The notes under the pieces: generated by a model
What the model was told of the DNA's origin: nothing
Databases searched by the model: none
The model's input: the letters and a program-made list of their open reading frames with translations, nothing else
Assembly (NCBI GenBank): GCA_010093995.1
Contig: ML992508.1
Span: 62,001 to 126,000 of the forward strand
Direction of reading: 5' to 3'
Origin: Elsinoe ampelina
Taxonomy: Eukaryota
DNA length: 64,000 bases
Translations under genes and position numbers: made by a program
Part shown: positions 1-10,700 of the stretch, piece after piece
Position numbering within the stretch: the stretch's first letter is position 1
Layout of the letters: each line of letters starts with the position of its first letter

Positions 1-1
1 G

Positions 2-817
2 CCGCTCTTTGCCAAGGCACACACTCGTCTGTCCTCTGAAGACTCCCTCTTCAACCGCTTCTCCAAGTACGTCCGCAAGTCGACTCGCAGCCGCAGCAGT
101 GCCGGCTCCGACCCGAAAGGACGCTCCGGACCTTCAGACATCGAAGCCCAGCGGCCGAACGGTCCTCCACCAACTCGTCAACGCCTACTCACTCTCGGTC
201 CCATGACCAAAATCTCCCTCCACATGCCCAGCATCTTTACCTCCTCGCGCACCGGCGGGACCACCCGCCCATCACAGTCAAACAGGGACACCCAAGCCTG
301 GTCCAAGTTCTCTTTCGGCTTCGGCAACACCCAAACCGACACCACCACCACGGCAACCGTCATGTCAGGTCACAGCCGCTCGCACAGCGACAGCACCAAG
401 ATCGGCAGCGACGACTACGGGCACGGAAAGGAGAAGGAGAGCTACGATGGCTCTGCCGCGTTGGCGTCGAGCAATGACTCCTGGCTAGCGGACAACAGCG
501 ACGGAGACGGGGAGAGTCTAGTCCCGCCGAGGTCGAAGTTCAGCCTGCAGAAGCCGCCGAAGGCGAAGGTGGCGCCGGCTGAAGGGCTGGAGGTGAGGGA
601 GATGGCGCATCATCCTGGTGCGGGCATCATTGCTGTGGAGCAAGGGAGGGAGCGGGAGAGGAGGGAGATGGCGCATCACCCTGGTGCAGGCATGATTGCG
701 GTTGAGAGGGAGGTCAATGTGAATGACTCCCCGAGGTGGTCTGGGTCGGCGCAGGTGGGGTCGAGGGCGGAGGTGCAAGGGAGTTGTCCGGGGGAGGTGG
801 ATCCGAGGAGGTGGTAG
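2..817 (+). CDS. 3' end of a gene running in from the left edge; low-complexity C-terminal tail, possibly of a Pth11/rhodopsin-domain membrane protein
   Basis: Frame is open from base 2 (PLFAKAHTRL...) into ORF 203..817. The leading 'PLF' and the late 'IAVEREVNV' resemble Pth11-like tails. The family call is weak inference. Confidence 0.5.
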   Translation, partial: PLFAKAHTRLSSEDSLFNRFSKYVRKSTRSRSSAGSDPKGRSGPSDIEAQRPNGPPPTRQRLLTLGPMTKISLHMPSIFTSSRTGGTTRPSQSNRDTQAWSKFSFGFGNTQTDTTTTATVMSGHSRSHSDSTKIGSDDYGHGKEKESYDGSAALASSNDSWLADNSDGDGESLVPPRSKFSLQKPPKAKVAPAEGLEVREMAHHPGAGIIAVEQGRERERREMAHHPGAGMIAVEREVNVNDSPRWSGSAQVGSRAEVQGSCPGEVDPRRW

Positions 818-966
818 GCAGTGCGAATGACTCGAAATGTGCTACGATTAGTTACTTGTACTATTCTCTTGTGGGGACCATCCTAGACAGATCTCGAGGA
901 CGTTTACCCCATTACCCAACCATCGAACGAAGTCAGTGTGCTGGAGGTACATCCATTGCTACGGCT

Positions 967-2578
967 TTATTCTTCAGTAGCTATCCTCACATGACCGTGC
1001 ATCCACTTCAGAATTGCATCTGCGGCAATCTCCCTCCCTTCACCTCTGCGCTCGCAAGCTGCGCCTACCTCTGCAGCTCGTCGCTTGATATCCGCATCCC
1101 CAAGTACTCGTACTAGTTCTGACCCAAAGAATTCCGGGTCGACGGACGGTGCAACACCTGGGTTCCCAATCGCTCCAATACGGTGGTATTTAGCTCGTTC
1201 GGCGTACTCGTATGTATCCCACCAGATCGGCACGACCAGTTGGGGGATCCCGGCCCTGAATGATGTTAGATCGGGGGCCAAGTATATCTCAATGGTAACG
1301 TACCTGCATGCTTCGTAGAATGAGTTCGCCCCTCCATGATGAACCGAACAACAGATATGACCTGTCTGGAGGAGAGTCGATGGCTCAATATCCAGCCAAG
1401 ATATGATTCTCAGACGTCCAGTCTCGACATGAGGATTGAGCAGAGGTGCCATGTCACGGTCATTGGCCCAATCATATTTCAGCTTCCACAAGATCTGGAT
1501 CTCCTTGTTCAGGTCCAAAGCCTTCTGCAATCCCCGGGCAATAGCGAGTGAGGATGGACCGACCGCCCCTTGCAGTGATCCGAGATTTACCATCACGGTA
1601 GGTTGCTGGCTGAGCCACTTTAGGAGATCCCTGCCACTTGCGGTATCATCTTGCAGCGAAGGCATGATGATAGGGCCGCAGACGACAAGATTACTTGGAG
1701 TCTCCCTAAGTTCATCCCAGTCCGCTTCAGGTAGATGCGATGCGATGTAGAGATGACGCTTCTGGTACATGTCGTACATTGGAGATTGGTGTTTTATTCC
1801 TGCTTCCGTTCGTGCCTGGAAACGATCCATGGTTAGCTCCATAGAATAGGTCAAATGAGTGACCAACCTTTCGTATCTTCGCAAACATCGGACCTAATAT
1901 TACGGAATAGGCGAAGCACATGAACAAGGCAACGTTCTTCAACTTTTGCACTGTAGACAGTGGGTAGCTCATACCAGAACTTTGCCTGATGGTGTCAGTG
2001 CTTGGCCTGCAGCACGACCTTTACAGCGTTACTGACATTGGCCATTTGAACATCATGGGCATGCCGGGCATTGCAGTCCCAACGACCTCCTTCCCCGAAC
2101 ATGGCGAAATGATGATGTAGTCCAGCTTGAGCTCTCTCGTTGCGTCGTGAGCTGGGATGAGAAGTAGATCGCAAATCACCGCTGCCGGTTTGAGATCCTT
2201 CATGATTTGAAGGCAAGCGTGGTACGTTTGTATGTATCCAGCCGGCGAATCACCCATAAGCAGGTATTCCACACCTTTGTAGCTTTTCGCTGCCGGGAGG
2301 AAGCCAGGAGGATGGGCCCATGTCGAAGTGTCTCCGAGGTGTCGCTGTGCAGACACTACCGCAGATAGCCCTGGTATGTTCACAAAGGTTATGGGTTTTG
2401 CGAGATTCTTGTTCCTGGCGTTGATATCATCCACGCGTTGTTGCAAGGATGCAAAAGATGCAATGTAGACATTGCATTCCGGTGATCTCGCAAGTTCCTG
2501 TGCTGTGGCCAACACCACATTCGCCTGGCCGTACTCCGGACTCGTCAGGAATAAGACGGTCTTTGGCGCAGACCCCAT
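967..2578 (-). CDS. UDP-glycosyltransferase (GT1 family), 3 introns
   Basis: N-terminal 'VLFLTSPEYGQANVVLA', then 'VNLGS' and a PSPG-like box 'WL...VHHGGANSFYEA..AGIPQLVVPIWWDTY'. ORFs 2021-2602, 1727-1972 and 967-1884 join through GT-AG introns with CTRAC branch sites. Confidence 0.9.
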
Positions 2579-3673
2579 GTCGAGCACTGGACGGATGGTC
2601 AAGGTCTAGATGCCGAGGGCCATTTTGCTTAAAGAATCTGATGATGGGACGCTTGCATTAGCTGGCCATGGTGCGTAGTGAGATGGGAGCGATGTGGACC
2701 AATCGATTGGCATAAAACCAACAATATACTTACGATGTAGCTGTCATCCGCGGTGCAAAGATAATCTTTGTGCATACTCGCGCCTAAAATAAACCATCAT
2801 GTCGTAATGCTACAGGAGCTTAAGATCCGAGCATGTGATTGGCTGACGATTTGACAGATCTCTCAGTGCCATTTTGACAGATCTCGGTGTCATTTTCGAC
2901 TTTGCATTTGACATGTGTCGATCGGCGGAATCAACGACAAAACCCAGCGACCAGATTGTCTCCCGTGAAGTCGCAAATGGCACGACCTGTCACGGGCAAA
3001 GGAATAGGGTCAAAATTGCACATCACGGTGTGTACAAGACCTCTGGTGCTGCCCAGCCGCTCTATGTGTGTACGACGATTCCCTATACACCACCCAGTAG
3101 ACATGACACTGGAACGGGCCACATTGATGCAGGCTCGACTGAGCCACTACGTCACTGGCGGGCACATATAATGTTGTATAAGCTTCCATCAGCCCCATGC
3201 AAGAGCCGAAACTTGGTCGGGAGTTTGAGGTTGACGCTGTTACACTGTCTGCTCCGCCGAAAGCGAATCTCGTACGAGTTTTACCGGTGGGTCACAGCAA
3301 CATAAGCCCCAAGTCAACCACACGACCATCTGCGAACCGTGCTGCTTTGGCCCGGAAACATCGACCACATGCCACCCCGCCGGATTGCCACGTTTACGTG
3401 AGTACAGTACGTGTGCGGAGATCTGGGGGCATCACCTTGGCACCCCGCCGCTGATCAGCCCCCAACTGCCCAATGCAGATGTCCGAAGGAGACTAGAGTT
3501 TTCTAAACATCGTCAGAACACGAGTGTGAAGAAAAGTATGTACGACCGTGTGACATCTTTCGAGGCAAGGCAAGACACGCGTGTCAGTACCAAGGAATAG
3601 TCAATCCGGTATAAGTATCTCCTCTCTCCCTTGCCCCCTGTATTCCACCACACGACCCGACATTCTCGCCACC

Positions 3674-4681
3674 ATGAAATCCCCATTGGCCATCCTCACA
3701 ACCCTCCTCTCCTTGACCTCCGCCTCCCCTCTCCTCCCCCGCCAAACCTCCCCCACCAATGTCGCCTACCTCAACGCCTTCTTCTTCGGCGCCGAGCCAA
3801 AAGTCTACTTCGATCTCTCCAACGGCAACAACCCCCTCTCCTTCTCCCCCCTGAACGGCGGCGCCCCCATCCTCACCGCCACCACCGGCACCGCCGGCGC
3901 CCGCGACCCCAGCCTCGTCCTCGGCGGTGGCCCCGAAGCAGGCAACAAATGGTACATCCTCGCGACCGACCTCGACATCGGCAAAACCACCTGGGACGCC
4001 GCGCAACGCAAAGGCTCCCTTGGCATCTTCGTCTGGGAGTCCACCGACCTCGTGAATTGGGGCACCGAACGCCTCGTCAAAGTCGAAGCCGACACGGCGG
4101 GCATGGTGTGGGCTCCCGAAGCCATCTGGGACGCCGCGAAAGGAGAGTACCTCGTCCACTGGGCGAGTAAATTCTACCCGGAGACTGATCCGGACCATAC
4201 CGGGCCGCCGTCGACGACGGTGATCAGGTATGCGTACACGGCGGATTTTAGGACGTTTAGCGAGCCGGAAACGTATGTGGATTACTCGCCGACGAATGTC
4301 ATTGATTTGAATATTCTGCCGTTGGGGGGAGATAGGTATGCGAGGTTTTTGAAGAATGAGAGTAGCCCGAGGGTGTTTTATGAGACGACAGAAGGGGGTT
4401 TGTTCGGGACGTGGACCAGGCCGGGAGGTGAGGGGAGCATTGTGCGAGCTGGGGTGGAGGGGCCAACGAGCTATTTCGACAATGAGGATCCGACCAAGGC
4501 TTATGTCTTGTTAGATTACTATGGGAGCGATGGATACAGACCATTTGTGAACACGGATTTGAGCACGAATAATTGGGTGGACGCGGACCGGAGCGCATTC
4601 CCCACCAACAGGAGGCATGGCAGCGTGATTGGGATTGATCAAAGGGCATATGATGCGCTAAGAGAAGCATATGGGTCATGA
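3674..4681 (+). CDS. Secreted GH43 glycoside hydrolase (arabinofuranosidase/arabinosidase-like)
   Basis: Signal peptide MKSPLAILTTLLSLTSA; beta-propeller motifs RDP, WAPEA, IDL and VEGP; no introns. Confidence 0.88.
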   Translation: MKSPLAILTTLLSLTSASPLLPRQTSPTNVAYLNAFFFGAEPKVYFDLSNGNNPLSFSPLNGGAPILTATTGTAGARDPSLVLGGGPEAGNKWYILATDLDIGKTTWDAAQRKGSLGIFVWESTDLVNWGTERLVKVEADTAGMVWAPEAIWDAAKGEYLVHWASKFYPETDPDHTGPPSTTVIRYAYTADFRTFSEPETYVDYSPTNVIDLNILPLGGDRYARFLKNESSPRVFYETTEGGLFGTWTRPGGEGSIVRAGVEGPTSYFDNEDPTKAYVLLDYYGSDGYRPFVNTDLSTNNWVDADRSAFPTNRRHGSVIGIDQRAYDALREAYGS

Positions 4682-4784
4682 GGACATTGTACACAAATCA
4701 AGAAATTCGTCATTCGTCAGGCTATGTATGGTCTAGACAATATGCATTTGACATTAAAAAGTAAAGGATTGAGTTGCAGTCAAT

Positions 4785-7700
4785 TTAACAGTTCTTGGCT
4801 GCTTTTGTGACGGTATTGAAGATTGTTGTGCTCTGCTTGACAGTAGTTGTCTTGGTGGCAGGAGCCGGTGTGACTGTGATAAGGAGTGTGGAAGCCTTGA
4901 GTGATGTAGTCTTGGTGACTGTCGCGGTGGAAGCTGGGAGAGTGGTCGTAGAGAGGACAGTGACATCAGAGCTGTAGACCTTGGTCTGCGTCTCACGTGC
5001 GAGCGTGACAGTCGAGGTCTGAGAAACGACCTTGGCTGAAGTGATTGTGACAGCTGCTGCAGAGATTGTGGTCGTGGACGAGACAGTCTTGGTGCTGGAG
5101 ACGGTGCTGCCGGCCAAAGACTCAGTCACACGCGAGGTAGCAGTGGCTGTGCGCAAGATTGTGCTAGCAGGTGCTGTAACAACCACGCTGGCAGTCTTGT
5201 AAGAAATCTGGGTAATAGTCGTACCCGCCAAAGTCTCGGTAGCGAATGATGTCACTGTCTTGCTGGTCGTAGCCGTAGATCCTGGCACAGATACTGTAGA
5301 GAAGGATGTGACTTGCGCCAGACTGGTGATGGTGACAGATGCGGCCGAAACCACAACAGTCGATACCGATGTGGCAAACTGTGTGGAGAAGACGGTCGAA
5401 GTTGCAGCCTTGAGAGTCGTGACAGGGTAGATCGAAGATGTGCTGGTGACCAGAGTTGACGTCGTAGAGCCCTTTAAGGTGAGAGTGGAGGTGGCCACAA
5501 TGGCAGTGACAGTCTCGCTGAAAGTAGACGTAGTAGTGCCTGCAGCCCGAGCAGCGAGACCTCGTCGGAACAATCTGGCTGCTGGAGTGCAAGCTGCAGT
5601 AACGGTGGTAGTCTTCTGTACAGTCTTGACCGAGGTCACCGGTACCGTGATCGTGCTACCCTTGACAGACGTAGTCTTTGTGGCGGTGGTACCAGCGATT
5701 GTGAGGATGCTTGTGGTAGTGGCTCCCTTTGGCGTCACAGTGCGGACTGAAGTGACAGTTCCGCCCTCGTTGCTGCTAACAATCAATGGTGCAGGAGCGG
5801 AGGTGATGGTGGAGACCGAAGTGATTGTCGTCTTCAAAGTCGAGGTTGAGGCAGCAGCGTTGATGGTCCGTACAGCCGTGACTGTGGCCAGAACGGTACT
5901 ATCCTTGCCGCGGACTGTGGTGGTTTGTGTCGTAAACTCAGTAATGGTGCTAGTCTGTGCCTTGGGGGTGCTCGTGATCGTACTTGTAGTCGTCTCCGTG
6001 GTCTTCACAGTCTGTGTCTGACCGGCCACAGTGCGCGTTTGGACATCAGTGACATCGATCTCAACCGTCGAAGCCTTGCCCGTGACTGTCGTCATGGAGG
6101 TGATGGTCTCTGTAGATTTGATGGTTGTAGTCTTTCCAGCCTTGGTCGAGGTGGTCGTCTGGATCTCGGTCGACTTGATGACGGAGGTCTTGAGGACTGG
6201 ATCTGGAGTGATGGTAGTACCGTGGTTCTCGGTGACTATCGTGGTCGCAGTGACGGTGACATCGGGGTTGGTCAATGTCGCGGTGGCGGTCTGCTTCTGC
6301 GTAATAGTCTTTGTGGTAAAGACAGTGACGAGTGAGATCGACGTTGACGAGGTCGTGGAAAGCATGCTTGTTGATGATGAGGTTGTGGTTGTGGCACATC
6401 CCGCCGGAGAAGATCCAATTCCAGCGACGAAAGGCTGAACATCGACGACGGAGAAGTCAATCCAGCTGGTGGTTGGGAAAAAGTTGGACAACTGGTATGC
6501 AACAACATCGGCATCACTGAGCTGCGTAGAAAAAGCAGCACGATTGCATATACCAGAACCAGGACCAAAATTGTGATACTCGGCAAAGATGACACCGGCA
6601 GTCTGCGGCGAAGACTTGCTCCACTGAGTCCAGCCGGCGGATCCGATCATGGCATCAAGGTAACTCGATACATACAACACCCTTGCATTGTTGTTCCATG
6701 GCCGACCCAGACTGACATTCTTGAATCCGGTGAGGCCAGCCGCAGGAATGATCGAAGACTGATCAAAGACCAGACCAGCAAGCGTAGTGTTGGTTGTCCG
6801 CTTGTCAGCTGTGATGGCTACACCGTCCTCGTTGGGCGAGATGGTTGAGTTCAAGAAGTAACCAGATCCCGTGCCAAAGATGAAGTCAACATTACCTTCC
6901 ACATATGTCTTGAAGGCGAAGAAGTAACCGTTAATGTAGAGTGTATCCTGGTTACCATATACCTGGCAACCATGAAGGAAGGCGTATTTGCTGCTCTTGA
7001 CCGCGAAACCGAGAGAGGCAATGTTCTGCTGGGTACCATTGTTGTTGCGGAAGTTCACATTGTAAGCATAGAAGTAGTTGCCAGTAGCATACACGGTCGC
7101 TGCATCCACATTGCTGCCAGTACCTTGAGTGTCGACTCCGAAAGACTGCTGGATCGTGACCTGGTTTTTGGAGTAGTCGTCAGTGTCGCTGGAATAACCG
7201 ATGAAGATTGTGGAGCCTGACTTGTTGACGATGAGCTGCTCCTCGTAGACACCAGGGTAGATGAATATGGTGGCATTCGTCTTGCTGGCTGTCGGCCCGG
7301 CATTGATAGCTTCCTGAATGGTGTTGTAGACAGTTTGACCTTGAATAGGAGTCTTTGACACAAGCAAAGCTCCGGCAGGAGGCTTGGTCCCATCGTAAGT
7401 GGAGTTACCATTTACGGTGGTGTTGGTAGGTACGGTAGTGTTCTTGACGGCAGGCTGTGGTGTGACGATGGAGTTCCAGTAGGTCATGTCAATCCAGGAA
7501 GTTGAGTCCATGACCGAGGCCAGATCGTAGGAGTCGGATGTGAGCAGTGTGGCATTCTGGAAAGCCTGTCTAGCAGCCACATTGTTCTCCCAGTTACCTG
7601 GCCCAACGTTGTTGTACTCGGCAAAGGTAATATGATCAGTCCTTGGGTCAGTAGCAGACCAGATCTTCCAACCACTTGGTTGAATAATGCTGTCGAGATA

Positions 7701-10700
7701 GGAGTTCTTGACGACGACCAAGGAGTATTGCGAGTATGGTCTTCCAAGGTATACAGCACCAGCGAGATCTGCGGTGTTGTCGGGTGCGGCAGTGAACAGA
7801 CACTGGTCGAAGATGTAGCCTCCCACAGCAGTGAGAGAGCTTCGACTGTGCGCCGCAACGCAAGACTTTGCTCGCTTAGCTCCGATTGTGCAGCCCTTGA
7901 AGTACGCTTTGCTGTAGCCCCAAATAAAGTCGATCGCACCACCAATGTAGCAGCTCTCATAGTACTGGTAGCCATTCGTGGCACCATTGAGAAGAGTATC
8001 TTGCCAGCCATTGAAGGAGCATGCATAGAAGCCGATGTCATTTCCGTAGATGGAAGCTGCGAGTGTAACGTAATTTGATGTCAAGCCATCCAGGTTGTCC
8101 GTATTGACCATGTTGATGTTGTAGAAGGAAATCCGGTTCGACGCAGTTGCGATGACAGCAGTCTCGGCATTGGAGTGACCAACAGGAAGAGGACTGACGG
8201 ACAAGCCACGAGCGAAGCTAATGGTCACCTGATTGTCTTGATAACTCTTACCCGGGGCTGCTGTGGTGTACCCAATGATACGGACTGCTCCGGGGCGGTT
8301 GATTGTTGGCACCTGCTCATTGTACGTTCCGGGGTATAGGAAAATAGTCTGGTTGGTGTTGTCACTGGGAAGCGAGGCCAAGGCAGCGGTGAGGTTGGAG
8401 TACGAGCCATTGACGTTACCACTCGGGGAGACGAGGACAGCGAACTGAGGAGGGACCGTACCACTATCGGGGTGAGCATTGATGGTCGCGGTCGTGGTGG
8501 ACTTGGCTGGACCGGTAGTCGTGCCTGACGGAGTGGTAGATGTGACGTTCCAGGAGAATGAGGGCTGGTAGTTCCATGCTGTCGTGTCAATGAAAGATGT
8601 GTCTCCAATCCAGTTTGACAAAGTGTATGGGGCGACTTGACTTGCGGAGAAATTGGTAGCGAAGGAAGCTCGAGCAGTTCCCTCCTGCCAGCTACCAGGT
8701 CCCGTGTTGTTGTACTCGCCAAATGTGACGCCGCCCGTCTGAGGGCTGCTTGTCGACCAGATGTTCCAACCTGCGGAGTTGATGTGCGAGTCCAAGTAGG
8801 AGTTCATGTACACCACGGTGGACAGATTATTGTATGGTCGTCCAAGGTAAGTAGTACCCATGGCGCTTCCGTACGTGTTCGTATACGAGACGTAGCAAGA
8901 GTCGAAGACGTAACCAGATACGGTACCAGCAGGTCGGGACTGTGCAGCAATGCAAGCACCCTTGGTGTTGGATGCAATGTAGCATTGTTTGAAATATGCT
9001 GTGGAGAAACCCCAGATGAAATCTACACTGCCCTCAATGTAGGAATTACTGAAGACTTGGGTGCCCTTGTTGGCGAGCAGAGTGTCTTGAAAGCCTACGA
9101 ATGAACAGCCATATGCGGCCATGTTCGCCCCATAGAAATCCGCGGCAAGAGCAGCGGTATTGGTTGTCTGTGGATAGGTATTAACAAAATTGATGTTGTA
9201 CATCGCAAGCCCAGAGTTGTCGTTGGTCTTCTTGGAATAGATGACTGGTGTCAACTCGTTTTGACCAGCGCTTGTAAGCACACCCCTTGAGAATTGGATA
9301 GTTACTTGGTTCTGCGTGTAGTCATTGACAAATGGAGTCTCTCCGATCAAGGTGACCTTGCCATTGCGAGTGATGCTGATTTGCTCGGTGTAGATACCAG
9401 GCTTGATGGAGATGGTGTACGCCTTGCTGTCATTCGGAAGGGCTGCAATCGCCGCAGTGACGTTGGGATACTGGCAGGAAGTGGCGTTCAGAGACACGAC
9501 CAATGTCGCACCGGGGGTCAGCGTCGCGCAAGAAGACGGCGAGTCAGTCGTGCTGCTTGCGCTTGTCGACACCGACGTGGATGTCGAAGAAGCTGACGAG
9601 CTTGAGGTTGTTACGACAGTGGCACTAGCGACTTGCGCAGCTGCACCGGAGTTGATGGAAGAAAGTACACCTTGATCAATCCAAGTGGTATCCGCGTTGG
9701 CATAACCAAGGAATGCCTGAGCAAAGATCTTGTCAAGGGTGTAGAGTGAGACTTGATCAGCCGAAAGAGCCTGGTCGCAATTGGCTGCACGAGCAGCCTT
9801 GTTGGCAGCATAAGCGCCGGGACCCGTTGTCAAGAACTCTCCATAGACAGCAATGACTGAACAAGAAGTAGAGTAAACACCCCCCGCAGCTACGAGACTG
9901 CCAATGGAAGTGTTGCGATATACCGCGGTGGTGTAATTGTTCAACCCATTGGGTGTCGCAAGATAGACGTTGCTGGCGGTCCCGCCTGCTTTTTGAGTGA
10001 CGGAACTGCTGTCGACTACCAGCGAAGAGTTGTACCACTGACCACCGAGGCTTGCTCCTTTTGCATAGAGGATGCTTGATCCAGAAGCTGTAGGAGCGAC
10101 GACTGAGCGGTAGAGGTAAACAGTGGGATAATTGTAGAACAGCTTGTCGGGGCCCTCAATATAAGAGTCGGCCATGGCAGTAATACCATAGGAGGCGCTG
10201 TAGACACCTTGTCCAGAAGAGACAAGGGCACAGGTGTAAAGGCCAAGATTGATACCACGCGCGCTGACTGCAGAGACAACGCCGGATGTGCCAGGGTTGG
10301 TGAAATTGAGAAAGCGGTAGGTGGATCCCTTGGTGTTCGATGTGCCAATACTAAGGGCTGCAGTTGCGCCATTTCCGACCACGACAACTTTGTTGTCTGC
10401 TACCGAGGTCGCCGAAGGACCAACTACCGTGACAGTCTGTGTACCTGCGACAGAGATGGGACCGTAAGTGCCAGCCCTGACGGTGACCGTAGGAATAGCG
10501 TTGTTTTGAGCGAAGGCAACAGCGGCATTAATATCTGTGTATGCAGCAGACCCATCAGCAGCCACCGTGACCGCGGCGGGTGCTACAGAGCTGGAGACGG
10601 CAGAGCTAGTCGTGGTCGTTGACAGGGCTGGAGACGAAGAAGAGCTCAACGAAGAGCTTATGTCCACAGACGAGGTCACGCTTGACGAAGTAGTGCTGGC

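Noticed and set aside
5440..6438. Val-rich + strand ORFs resembling membrane proteins
   Set aside because: They are antisense shadows of the Thr-rich PME tail.
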